A stretch of DNA of 64,000 nt from the human T2T-CHM13v2.0 reference genome, Homo sapiens: the NCBI RefSeq assembly GCF_009914755.1, contig NC_060925.1; one strand, 5' to 3'. Below are positions 30,461-43,072 of the stretch, one piece after another (within the stretch, counting starts at the first letter, position 1; every line of letters begins with the position of its first letter). Made by a program: the position numbers and the translations under genes. A model generated the notes under the pieces. The model saw only the letters and a program-made list of their open reading frames with translations, was not told the DNA's origin and made no database searches.

Positions 30461-32734
30461 GTGCAGCATTTAAGGGTATGGGTTCTAAAGCTGGTTTACC
30501 TGAGTTCAAATCCCACTTGCGACTTACACTAGTGATGCCACGTTGGCCAACTTACACAATTCCTCTAGGCTTCTTTTTCCATCTCGTAAGATGGGAATAA
30601 AAATGGTATGTCCCTACAGGACATCATGAGATGACTGAAGTAGCTATACACCTAAAGTGTTTAGGACAGTGCCTAGCATGTAATAAGCTCTCATGAACTG
30701 TTAGCTCTTATTATTATCATCATTAGATGGAAATCAGAAAAGACCCTGGTCCTTGGGTGTTTGCATCTCTAGTCCTCCTGTTTGCTGTCATCTATGACGG
30801 GTAAGTGGCCCCCTCAAACCCAGTGCTTCTCCAGCTTTCCACGGTAGAGGCATGTGGACCTCCACACACACTTTTTTGAAATCTTATATTTTATTCCCAG
30901 GTTTGGCTATTAAAACATTATTTACAAATCTCATGTCCTGGTAAAATTTATAACCCAAGAAGCTACACTGTACTTCACCAGGGGCTTGTTGCATCCTTCC
31001 AGACCCCCTTTTCCCCAAGACTAGAAGTGTGGCTCCCTCTTTCCCACCTTCGACCTCCTCAACTCCAGGGACCTTTGCTTTATTCCGCGGCAGCCACCTA
31101 TACTCAGAGCCGCACCCAGCTTTTATCTCGGCTGGCTACTGCTCCACCTTTGAAATCTCAAATAGCTGGGTCTCACTCTGACCCCTCCCTCTTATCTTTT
31201 CAGAGCTCTCCTCAGACTGACTCATTGACCTCCTCCTGAATTCCAGACTCTGAACCCCTTTCTCTGTTCCTTCCCAGTCTTTCAAACCTTATTGGTTTCT
31301 CGGATTTGCAACTTGCCATACCTCTTCCCCCTGCCACATTCATGGATGCATGGAGCAGGAGCAAGAAATAGACCTTTGTGTCTGCAGCCACCTAGAATTT
31401 TTTTTGTAATTCCTGTAGTATGACCTGGCTCATCTTGACTGGGGCACCTGCCTCTTAGGTGCATCTGAAGACCAAAGAGGTCACGTCTACAGAGCACTAA
31501 GCCCAGTGCCTGGACAATAATAACTGCTCAAGAAACATTAGCTATTACTCTTACCCACCAAAATCACAGGGGCCACACACTGCCCTGTAATGTGTTTGCA
31601 AATTCCCAGTCAGATCCCTTCTCCTCTATGCAGTAGCGATTCCTATTATTTGTCATCCCACCAAACCTTCAGCCTTTGTAGAGAAAATAGAGGTAATCAG
31701 GTAGGAACTGTCTCAATAATTCTCACTCAAATTTATCTGCAGGTTTCCTTTCTGATCAATTTCCTTCCTATTTTAGAAGCAGTTGGGTATCTCCTGACCA
31801 TAAGAACTGGAGGACAGACAGTGGGGTGACTTCTAAGACCAGGAAAGGTTGAACATTCATTCATTCATTCACTCATAAACCCCTGGGCCCAGAGAAAGCC
31901 CAGGTTTGAAGATTGAGACCTAAAGGGACTGCTATGCCAGATCTATTTTTCTTTCCCAAATAGTCCCTCCGCCCTCCTTATGCTCTCTTTTGTTTGCCAT
32001 TCTCCCTCCCCACCAGGTACATGAGTAGTCAAAGCTGGGAGAGGGGGAGGACTGGACTGAAGCTCATGAATTAGGCCATCCTGTCACTGTCCCGGGTTTC
32101 AGGGGGAAAGGGAGAGAAGGCCAGTGAAGATCTTTAAGGAAAGCCTCAGGAAGGAGGTAAAGCAGGGACTATCCTTCTAGAACCTCTGTCGACTCTCCTG
32201 GCTACGTGAGCAGTTGACGTACGTGCAAAGGAAGGCCTGCATGCTTCCCCCTCTCCAGACAGGTTTCTCTGGAACCCCAACAGACAGACAGACAGTGATC
32301 TTTCTCCTCTCCAGACATCCTCAGCCGCCGCCGCTGACTCAGCCTCCCCGCCCTCCCCGTGGGTGGAGTAGGTAGGCAGCCCAGTCCCTGGGGTTGAAGC
32401 TGTAGGTGACATAAGGGCAAAGTCGCAAACATCTGCAGATATGAGACCTTTGATTTCTCCCCAAACCCCAGAACATTCACAACTCTGTCTCCTTTACCTG
32501 TCAGTCAGCCCCACCTTCCAGTTCCAAACCCAGACAAACTTCAGTTCCTTCTGTAGGAGATTGGAACACAGTGTCCCTGGAGGCACAGAAGGCCCCAGTT
32601 GAAATGACCTTTGGGACTAGCTAGCATTCCCTTTGAGGAGAAACAGGACTTCCCACCCATTCCAGAAAGGTCCAGGAGTCCTGGCTACAACATCTGAAAA
32701 GAGAGCAACTGACATCCCGGATGACTTACTTGTT

Positions 32735-32926
32735 CAGCACAGCAGACACAGCACCTTGGGTCTATAAGAAAATGTTTTCTTATAGAATAGTAAGATCTTT
32801 GTCTTCATGTCAATGTAGTTGTAAAGTATAATTTTACGCACACACACATACATGCACACTTTTCTGGAGAAAGGAGTCCACATAGGCAAAATTGCCTAGG
32901 GCCTGTGAAAATCATATTGCAGCCAT
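32735..32926. mobile_element. MER63-like hAT relic
   Basis: GGAGAAAGGAGTCCACATAGGCAAAATTGCCTAGGGCC resembles MER63 (from memory). Confidence 0.45.
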
Positions 32927-33319
32927 GCTCATATCACCTCTCTAGGACTCAGTTTTCTCTTCTATAAAATACAGATCACAACACTTTCCACACCATTCCA
33001 CCTCCAGTTTCACCAGTGTTCTGCCTGAACATCAATGACCTTAACATTTTCAGATTTGAAATGTTTGGAAGCCCCCCACATATACAATATGTAACAGCCA
33101 GATTCCTTAGTGTTGCATTTGAGGCCTTTCACTGTTTTCCACTTGGAGCTTCTACCTCGTACACAACTCTCCAGCTAGGAACATCATAACTCGTGCTGGT
33201 TGTTCTCAGAACAGGCTGAGCCTTGAGTTCCAGCGTGTCTTTGCACACTTAAAGCCCCTTTGCTTCAAAAGCATTCCCCTCCTCTTCTCTGCCGAATGGT
33301 CTCCTATGACAGCACAGCT

Positions 33320-33465
33320 AGCGAATTTGCAGCATCCAGTGAAAAATGAAAATGGGGGGCTCCTTGCTCAAAAATCGTTGAGAATTTCAAGATGGTAGAG
33401 CAGAACATTCAATCATGTATGGGGCTCTTCTGTGCTCATGGCCCTGTGGGCCTGCCCATGAAGCC
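33320..33465. mobile_element. MER91A-like hAT-Tip100 relic
   Basis: CAGTGAAAAATGAAAATGGGGGGCTCCTTGCTCAAAAATCGTTGAGAATTTCAAGATGG...CCCATGAAGCC. Confidence 0.7.
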
Positions 33466-36174
33466 ATCTCTGCCTACTCCTTTTCTGAGATCACCTCAAA
33501 TGTCACCTGATCTTTGAAGCAGTTTTTACTCTCCAAGACCAACAATAGGAAGACACAAAACGAAGCACTTCTTCTGTTCCAGGCATCATGCCAGGTGCTT
33601 TACAGATAAGGTCTCATTTATTCCTCACAACCACTCCATGAGGTAGGTAGTATTATGATCCCCATTTCTCTGATGGGTAAACTGAGGCTCAACAAGCAGT
33701 TGACAGAGTTGGCATTTAAACTGAGGGCTGCCTGAGCTTAGAGCTCATGGTCTTACCTATCAGGCTGCACCAACCCTTTCCACCACATGGTCTTTCAGTC
33801 TTGCTTCTGCTCTCCAATTTATAGAGACCCTAGGCCCGGGTCCTGTTCCTTTAGTCTCTGGGTATCCACCCCCTTAGCATGTCTGGTCCCCAAATACCCC
33901 AAGAGGCCAGTAGCTTTCCCAGCCTAGAGTACCTTCAGGTTTCCCAGGAGACATATGTGGAATCGAAACACTTTTTCCTTTGGGAATTATCGGTCATCCC
34001 CACATCCCCTGTGTCCCCAAGTCCAGTCCATTTGGTTTCTTTAAAAGGTATCTTGAGCCCCATGCCTCACTCCCAGTGCCAGTGTTAGCTCAGGCCTTTT
34101 TATCCTCTGCTAGACCTCAATGTCCCCTTCACTAGCCCTTCTAAATGCAGGCCTGACCATGTCACCCCTTCTTAAAATCCTTCAGTAGCTCCCCACTGCC
34201 CTCAGGTCCCTTAACCTGGCACACAGGACCCTGCCCACCCCTCGACTGGAACCCTCCCACATGATCATCACTAATTAATTACTTACAATTTCCAGAAGGA
34301 GTCATGTCTTGTCATGCTCCCGTGACTGTGCACATAATGTTCTCTTACCAGGAATCTGATCCCATAACACTTGGAAAACTCCTCCTAACGAGCCGAGGCT
34401 CATTTAGCATCACCTCTTACAGGAAGCCTTTCATAACTCCTGGCTCTTCCAAAGGCTGAGTTCCCATAACGTCCAGGCTTACTTCTGGCCCATCACTTAA
34501 CTGTATTTATCCCAATTGGGCTGAGAGCCCTTCGAAGGTAAAAACTGTATCCAAGTCACCTCTGCATCTCCAGCCTCCAGCATGGGACCTCTTTGGCAAC
34601 TGGAAGCACACAGTAGGTGTTTTCTGAGTAAAATCTATAGATGAATGATGTTCACCTGTCTGGCGTCAGGGATGCCCTTGCCACATCCGGGGGACAGCTA
34701 CATCTTGGCAGCAGACAGAGAACAAACATCCAGGTGAGAACAGGACCACTGAGAGCTCCAGAAGGAAGCAAGATGGATGGCTTGATTACCTGATGTGCTT
34801 GAAGATTCTGAGAGCAGACTTAAATTTCTCACTGAGGGGAGAGGGATGTGTGTACCTAGGAAATAAAGCTAATAGATTTTTTTTTTTAAATGAGGCAGCA
34901 GTTTCAGTGAAAAGAATAAGTCATATAAAAGCAAAAATTTAATCATGATACAATATGGCTTAGCTGTGATTTATGTGGTCACAATGCTATAAAAACTAAT
35001 CTAACAAAAGGAATGTTATATCTAGATTGGAAAGTTGGGAAAGGTAAAGTGTTTCCATGACAGAAGAGAGCTAAGTCGTTCTCTTTTGTAATGGAAAGTC
35101 AGTAGGCCATATAACTAATGAAAAAATTAAGAAAGAGACATGTAGACATAATATTTAGAAGCACGGACTTAAATACTGGAAGAAATATTGAACAGTGGCT
35201 GTCTCTGGGTGGTAAGATTTGGGCGTGGAGGGAAATGGGGCTGGGGAATGGGCTTTGTAGAACTATCTGACTTTTTGAACTATGTACATAATATTGGTAA
35301 GACACAAGATTAATTTTTAAAATACTGCTTGTGGTTTGAAGGCAGGAAAGTGTTGCAAGGCAAGCACGTCTGTCCAATCAGTCTGACTAATCTCCCTGAA
35401 ATGCCACCTTGGGCATTTCTTCAGAGCCCTCTCAGGCCCAGGAACTGGACTGGGCTGGTCCGCCTTGCAATGCCCTCTGTGGCCTGGCCCCACCCTCCAT
35501 GCACACGCCCTTTGCACCTCATTGACTGGCATCCTGCCATTTCTCCTGCAGATGCTATACCTCTTACCTCTAGGCTTTTGCCTAGGCTGTGCTCCTGCCT
35601 CTGTGTAATGCCTTTCCTCAATCTGCCCTCCCAGCTCCTTCCTCCAGCTGCCTGGGACAAGTGTGTTTGCTTTACCCCAGGACAGCCCTGCATTCAAGGG
35701 AGATTTTATTTGCTGCTTTCCCCTGGGCCTTTCTGTCTTGGCTCACACAGTTTGACAAAGTAAGAAGCCCTAGCAAGCCATGTTGCAGGCTCACCTCTTC
35801 TGTCTCATAGTTGAGGGCCTCTCTGAGTCTGTATCTTTGTCTGGAAAATCGAGATCTTCAGGCCTACTTGCCAGGATGTTTGTGAGAGTAGGTTGATGTG
35901 ATGTTTATGAGAGATCTCAAGATAAACATCCTATTTCCAGTCCTCTCTTCTTTTGAAAAATCTCTGCCTGATAGCAGCTGTAGCTGCAGCAAGAGCTAAT
36001 ATCTATAGAATGTTTACAGTGTGACAAGCACTGCACTAAGTCATGCATTGTTTCATTTAATTCCCACATGACCCTCATTTTACAGATGAGGAAACAGAAG
36101 CTCATTGAAGGCAACTTGAAGGTGGATCTACATGTCCCTCCCCCACATTAGACCACAAGAGGCTCAAAGATAGG

Positions 36175-36640
36175 GAGAAATGCACACTCATGTTAAAGCT
36201 GCATTATTCACAACAGCCAAAAGGTGGAAGCAAGACAAGTAAGTGTCCGTTGATGGATGAATGGATATACAAACTGTGGTATATACATATGATAGAATAT
36301 TACTCAGCCTTAAAAAGGAGGGAACACGCTACACATGGATGAACCTTGAAGATATTATGCTAAATGAAATAAGCCAGACACAAAAAGGCAAATAATGTAT
36401 GATTCTACTTATATGAGGAGGCTAGAGTAGTCAAGTTCAGAGACAGAAAGTAGAATGGTGGATGCCAGGGGCTGGGGGAAAGGGGTCCAAAATTTTACTT
36501 TGGGAAAATGAAAGTTTTGGAGATGGATGGTGGTGATGGCTGCACAGTGCAAATGTACTCAATGACACTAAACTGTAATTTTAAAAATGGTCAAAATGAT
36601 ACATTTAAGGTCATGTATATTTTACCACAATAAAAATATT
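36175..36640 (+). mobile_element. L1MB 3' end
   Basis: GCATTATTCACAACAGCCAAAAGGTGGAAGCAA...ATGAACCTTGAAGATATTATGCTAAATGAAATAAGCCAG...ACCACAATAAAAA. Confidence 0.88.
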
Positions 36641-36641
36641 C

Positions 36642-36834
36642 TTTTTTTTTTTTTTTTTTTTGAGATGGAGTCTTGCTCTGTCACCCAGGCTGGAGTGCAG
36701 TGGCACAATCTCGGCTCATGCAACATCTGCCTCCCAGGTTCAAGCGATTCCCCTGCCTCAGCCTCCTGATTAGCTGGGACTACAGGCACCTGCCACCACA
36801 GCTGGCTAATTTTTTGTGGTTTTTTTTTGTTTTG

Positions 36835-36866
<32 letters not shown>

Positions 36867-36982
36867 GTAGAGACGGGGTTTCACTGTGTTAGCCAGGATG
36901 TCCCAATCTCCTGACCTCGTGATCCACCTGCCTTGGCCTCCCAAAGTGCTGGGATTACAAGCGTGAGCCACTATACCTGGCC
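36642..36982 (-). mobile_element. AluY/Sc-like with expanded (GTTTT)n middle linker
   Basis: TTAGCCAGGATG...ATCTCCTGACCTCGTGATCC; TSD AAAAA(T/C)ATTCT; (GTTTT)n at ~36820-36865. Confidence 0.93.
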
Positions 36983-37007
36983 AAAAACATTCTTTTTAAA
37001 TGTGGTT

Positions 37008-37243
37008 AGAGACAGAAAGTAGAATAGAGGTCACCTGGGGCTGGGGGGAATGGAAGGAAGGTGGGTTTTTTTGTTTAATGGGTAAAGAGTTTTTTTGCTG
37101 GGGATGACGAAAAATTTTGGATGTAGATAGAGGTGATTCACACTACATTGTGAATGTGTTTAATGTCCCTGCATTGGACAATTATGAAGGTTAAAATGAT
37201 AAATACTATGTTATGAGTATTTTCCCACAATTAACAAAAAATG
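37008..37243 (+). mobile_element. Second L1MB 3' end fragment
   Basis: AGAGACAGAAAGTAGAATAGAGG...TTGTTTAATGGGTAAAGAGTTT...GGTTAAAATGAT...CACAATTAA. Confidence 0.8.
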
Positions 37244-37575
37244 GAAGGGAGACCCTGTGCCTCTTTGGTTTTTCTGGACCTAGAGGCTCAAGCGGGGTCT
37301 GGCAGACAGTAAAGGTTTACTTGAGAGCATTTGTCAGTTTGAATAGGCTTTTGTTGGAAGGCTGCCCACAGGAAAAGAACCTGAATAAGAAGGAACAAGA
37401 TCAGGATTCCCATCCTGACTCAGTTTTTTGGCTAATTCTAGCTTCCCCCTGGTCAAAAGTTCCATGTATATATGGAATCCCCCAAGACAAAGACTCGACT
37501 GTAGTAACATAGACAGCAGCTATTAATCGCTAGGCTTTTTACATACACATAACTGTAGCCAACAATTATTGTATA

Positions 37576-37902
37576 CAGTCATTGCCGCAGGGAAATTGGT
37601 TCCAGGACTCTTGTGGATACCCAAATCCAAGGATGCTCAAGCTCCTGAGATAAAATGGGGTAGTGTTTGCATATAACCTACACACATCCTCCTGTACACT
37701 TTAAATCATCTCTAGATTACTTACAACACCTAACACAATGTCTAGACATCACTTCACTTGTGTGGATTTAACATAGTACTTGGTACATGGCAAATTCAAG
37801 TTTTGCTTTTTGAAACTTTGCAATTATTTTTTTCCTGAATATTTTCAATCTGCAGTTGGTGCAATTCATAAATGCAAGACCCACGGATCCAAGAGGCCGA
37901 CT
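37576..37902. mobile_element. MER2B (TcMar-Tigger)
   Basis: TTGGTTCCAGGAC...GGATGCTCAAG...TTTAAATCATCTCTAGATTACTTA...CCCACGGAT...GCCGACTG. Confidence 0.85.
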
Positions 37903-38222
37903 GATACTGTTCTAAGCACTTTTCATGCCCTACTACAATACCTCTGGGATTGTTACTATTATAATCCCCATTTTGTAGCTGAGAAAATGGAGACTTACAT
38001 TAACTAACCTGGGAGAGGTCAATAGCCAGGCTGCAGGGAGACTCAGATTTGCCCCCAGATGGTCTGGTTTGCTTAATGATCATGGTACTTGCCTTGACTC
38101 TACTCTGATGGCCCCAGCCTTTCTGCATTTCCTCCAGCCCCGCTCAGGAGGGAAGGAGAAGGCCCTTAAAGGGAGGAGGGAAGTTAAGGGCTTCCGAGGC
38201 AGGAGGCTTCTGAGGCAAGAAG

Positions 38223-38308
38223 GCATTAATACAAGATGAGGTTCTCAGGTCCCCAGCAGAGCTCTCTGCTGTCACCCATGTCACAGAAGCAGGGCAAGTC
38301 AGACTGGC
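38223..38308 (+). repeat. Copy 1 of an 86-bp dispersed direct repeat (copy 2 at 41171-41256)
   Basis: 83/86 identical by manual alignment. Confidence 0.95.
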
Positions 38309-40659
38309 GAGATGGGCTCCACATTGGTACAAACACAGGCTTGGGCATGGATCAGGATGATTTGGTTCAAGGGCTGGCCCAGTATTTGTTGGTCACGTGG
38401 CCCTGGACAAGCTACTTCACCTGTGCAATCCTCTGTGTTCTCATCTGTAAAGTGGCGACAGCAGCGGTATCCATCTCACTGGGTTTTATGGGGATTAAAT
38501 AAATTAGTAAACGTAAACCTGCTAGTGAGAGTGGTGCCAGGCATGGCAAGCCCCACTAGCAGAGAGCTAGGATTGTGCTTGCGAACTTCCTGGAGTGATG
38601 TTGGGCAACTTCTCTTTCTCCCTGAGCCCCGCTGATCTCAGGTATGAAACAGAATTTCTAAAACTAACTCCACAGATTTGTTGTGAGGATTAAATGAATA
38701 CTGTGTTTTGTATTAGTATCTGTTTATAAAGTTAACTTGTTCTCAAAAGTATTTAAGGTGGCTAACAATACAAGATTAGTTTTAATTTGAAAAGAAATAA
38801 TTTGAGACTAAGAGAAAGGGGTGGTAAGGAAAAAGAACACCTACTATGTACCCATAAAAACTGAAAATAAAAAGAATTAAAATTAAACAGATCTTTAAAA
38901 AAAAAAACAGAAACAAGATCCTTTTTAAAAAGCCCTGGCTGCCCTGGCATGTATTAGGCACTCTATAAATATTTGTTATTATTTTCCCGGCTGTAATACC
39001 TGGTCCCAGTGGTTCTGGCTACTTGAGATATAGTTAATTTCAGGCTGATTTAGCATTAGGGTGACAGGGAGGATGGAGGGTATTGAAATGTACTCTTCCT
39101 GGCAAAAGGAAAGTGGAGATGAGCTTTGAGGATTTGAGTCCCATCTCTAGCTTCAGAGAAGTTCAGACTTTATTTACATTACACCTTGGGCTTCTGGGTA
39201 CAATTGCAGTTGATGGAAAGGTTCTACTCAAAGAACAAAAGAAAAGAAAGACAAAATAGGAAAATAGAAGAGAGGAAATATGCTGATTACTCTAATTCCC
39301 TGTTTACAGAGACTATACTGAGACCCAGTAAAAAAGAGAGCTAAACACAATTGGCTGTTTATATTTTTTTGAGGTTCTTCATAGGGAGAAATCCGCTAGT
39401 CACAAAATTAATCATTCATCAAATCATCTTCATTCAGCAACACTTACTGAGCACTTACTATGTGCGTGCCATTGTCCTAGGAACCAAGCTATGAATTAGA
39501 CACATTTCTGCACTCAAGAAGCTCACAGTCTAGAAGTGGGGTCAGAGTGAAAGGTGCTACCCCAGGGTTGCAGTCCATTGATGGGGAAGTCAGCCTAACT
39601 TGAGGGGTCCAGAACAGCCTTACAGAAGAAAGCCTCACAAAAAAGAGGATACTGAGTTGTATCTCGAAAGAAAAGCTGGGTTTTGTCAGGGAGCCAGTAT
39701 AGAGAGACAGAGGTTCACCCCATTGCCTAATCTCAGCACTCCCTGCAGTTTCTGCCCTTACTTGTTAGTCCTTGTTTAGCTATCTTTTCTGCCAGTCTGG
39801 AACTGATGTGTGGGCAGGGGCCTTGTCCATTTGCCCATCCTGTATCCAATGCCTCTAGCACAGGAGAAGGAAAGAAGAAAGGAAGGGAGGAGAAAGGGAA
39901 TTCCAGGCAGAAGGAAGAGCATATGCAAACATTCAGAGGTGGGAAGTAATATGGTTCTAAGAAATTTGGGTTGTTCTAGATGGTTCTGACCACAGCAGAT
40001 GATTTGAGTTAGATCAGACATTGAGTGTCTTATTTCATTTTGTAGATGATAAATTGTGTGTCCTGATTCTGGATTCAGAAAATATAACACTTTTTGGTGG
40101 TTGGTACTATTATGGTAACATTAATGCCCATGGAATCTGGAATCTCAGATTTGGAATGATGAGCTTCAGGGCCCTTCAGGTATATCCACTCATGCAACAG
40201 ACCATGAATAGTGTACCATGAACAGAAGATGTGGTTCCTGTTCTCTAGCAATCTGGCCATCCTAGTGTTGCTGTCAGCTGCCTTAAGTGTGCTGCAGGAT
40301 GTCTTACAGGGCACAACTTCTGGCTCTTACTAGATAATAATTGTCCATAAGTATTGAGTGTCCAGTTTGTGTAATGAGCTTTACATACTGTTGTTTCATA
40401 GACTCTAAAATGTGACATATCTTAATTTCAGAGATGCTGAAATCAATAATTTAAGTTCTATGAGATATGGTACAGTTATCTTTAATTTTTTTAACAAACA
40501 GGTAGTAACTACATCTACATATTGAAAACTAAGGCTAAGTGAGGTGCTACACCTTGTCCTCAATATCACAGTTCATAATTGCCCGAGTTGTGTGCTCCAA
40601 AGGCCATTTATCACCCACCTGATGGCCCGCATTGACACTTTGAGTACTCAGGGTATCCC

Positions 40660-40810
40660 TCTTTTTCTTTTCTTTCTTTCTTTTTATTTTTTAAGAGGTG
40701 TGGGGTCACTGTGTTGCCCAGGCTGGTCTCAAACTCCTGGAGTCAAGCTATCCCACTGTCTCGGTCTCTCAAAGTGCTGGGATTACAGGTATGAGCCACC
40801 ACGCCAGCCA
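40660..40810 (-). mobile_element. FLAM / Alu monomer
   Basis: T-rich tail followed by TGTTGCCCAGGCTGGTCTCAAACTCCTGG...GAGCCACCACGCCAGCC. Confidence 0.88.
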
Positions 40811-41170
40811 GGATATCCTTATCATTAATTTTAAAAATCTTTGTAAAATTTCAGTCATTTTTGCCACACAGGCAAACCTCTGTCCCCTCGTCTTGCTGCC
40901 GTTCAGCCTGGAAATATTTCAGCTTTGCTTCCTCTTCCTAGTATTTGTTGGGTGAGCAGACTAGTTTGCCCCCGTAATTTCATACATTTCCAAATTAACC
41001 AAGTGCTTCCATGGAGCTGGTCTCCTGGAGTCTCCTGGAGTCAGTCACTTGCATGGAGTGTGCCTATGTTCCTCGTAGACCTGGGTACCTCCTCAAGAAG
41101 TGTTGCGTGTTTGGTGCCTCCTTCTTGTTCCCCTTCTTCCTTTTCTTTTCTTTTTTTTTTTTCTGTTGTT

Positions 41171-41256
41171 GCATTAATACAAGATGAGGTTCTCAGGCCC
41201 CCAGCAGAGCTCTCTTCTGTCACCCATGTCACAGAACCAGGGCAAGTCAGACTGGC
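41171..41256 (+). repeat. Copy 2 of the 86-bp dispersed direct repeat
   Basis: GCATTAATACAAGATGAGG...CAAGTCAGACTGGC, matching 38223-38308. Confidence 0.95.
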
Positions 41257-41384
41257 CAGTAGGAGAAACATTGGTTTGAAATCTACTGGAGACCTGTGTT
41301 CTGTTTGTGCTTGGGTTTGGAAGGAAGATGTGTGTATACAGATCAGATAGAAACTAGCAAGATAACAAATTCGAAAACTGTGTA

Positions 41385-41696
<312 letters not shown>

Positions 41697-41719
41697 CTAG
41701 CTCATTCAGAGATATAGTA

Positions 41720-42052
41720 GAGTCATGCCTCACTTATGACAAGGATATGTTCTGAGAAATGCCTCGTTAGGAGATTTCATTGTTGTGAGATCATAGAGTG
41801 TACTTACACAAACCTAGATGGGATAGCCTACTTTACACCTAGGCTATGTGGTATGCCCTATTGCTCCCAGGCTACAAACCTGTGCAGCATGTTACTGTAC
41901 TAAATACTGTAGCTCATTGTAACACAATGGTAAGTATTTGTGTATCAAAACATAGGAAAAGTACAGTAAAAATACAGTGTTATAATCTTATGGGACCATC
42001 GTCATATATGTGATACGTTGTTGACTGAAACATCATTGTATGGTGCGTGTCT
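41720..42052. mobile_element. Tigger3a (MER7A)
   Basis: TTCTGAGAAATGCCTCGTTAGG...TACTTACACAAACCTAGATGG...TATAATCTTATGGGACCA. Confidence 0.88.
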
Positions 42053-42069
42053 ACAGTTAATTCTCACAG

Positions 42070-42238
42070 AAACTCTTGGAGGTAGCTGCAAGAGCTGCTA
42101 GGGACCTCGATTAGAGTTATTACATATGGACCCTCATGAATCAGAGGAAGAACGAGGCCTGGAGTCATGAAGGGGCTTAACTGAAGTCACAAGGCTCACG
42201 GCAGGACCAGTATCAAAATAGACCCCAATGTGCGGCAG
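42070..42238 (+). ncRNA. Candidate 169-nt non-coding (lncRNA-type) internal exon
   Basis: Acceptor TTAATTCTCACAG| and consensus donor CAG|GTAAGT; no long ORF. No transcript evidence available. Confidence 0.4.
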
Positions 42239-42922
42239 GTAAGTGGCTGGCTTGAAGGAGTGGCTAACTGGGTGCATTATAAATTCCTGACTCCTTCCCC
42301 CTGCAGCCCTGCAAATCTTGCTGCTGGGACCACTTAGTTTCCACCATGGACATTCCCCTGCCCATATCCCTTGGGCTTTTGCTGGAATATTGGAATCAAG
42401 TTCTCCCTATTGTTAGCTCCCCTCTGACTTTGTGCCTTGGACTTGCAAGCTGGTCTTTTGCCTGATGAAGATGATCTTCTTAAATCTCTATTATGGAAAC
42501 CAGGACTCTGTCAGAGCCCCAGTACCTACCTTTTCCTCCAGCCAGTTTCCCAGAAGCTCGAATTTGGTCCCTGCTGCCTTCCTTCCTGGCTCTTTCCTAT
42601 CACCTGCCATGAGACCTGGTAACATGATGTTTTCCTTGCCCCTGGGAATACCCCTGGCAGCGTTGCTAAACTACCTTGATGGATATTTACTACTCTCAGC
42701 CTGAACTCCCTATTGACACTACACCTGGGGCAACTGGGGATCACTAGCTCTGCTGGCTCTCAGCATCCTGGGTCCTTTTCTCCCCTGTCCCTCCCGGTCA
42801 TACCTGATACTGACACATAAGATGGCTTTTCAAGCTTGCTATCTGTTTGACTTTTGCTTTTTGAAAACTGTCTTCCCTCTTCCAGTCAATCAGTGCTTAT
42901 TGGATTATTGACTCCCAAAGGA

Positions 42923-43072
42923 AGTGGTTCTCAAACTTAAGAGTACTTTGGAAACATCTGGAGAGCTTGGTAAACAGCTCTGCACCCAGAAACTCTGGTT
43001 CAGTGGATCTGGAGACAGGGCCTTGGAATATACATTTTTAATGAGGCAGATGCTAAGTGCACCAAGCTTGGA
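42923..43072. mobile_element. MER5A-like
   Basis: AGTGGTTCTCAAACTT...CATCTGGAGAGCTTGGTAAA...TCTGGTTCAGTGGATCTGG...CATTTTTAA. Confidence 0.7.

Noticed and set aside
35317-35810. Overlapping 126-144 aa ORFs; similarly the 182-aa ORF at 46734-47282 and the 169-aa ORF at 25204-25713
   Set aside because: Low-complexity or L2-derived composition with no domain; consistent with chance ORFs.
36441-37050. Apparent local duplication of AGACAGAAAGTAGAAT...GGGGCTGGGGG
   Set aside because: The copies diverge strongly beyond the motif; more simply two L1MB 3' fragments.
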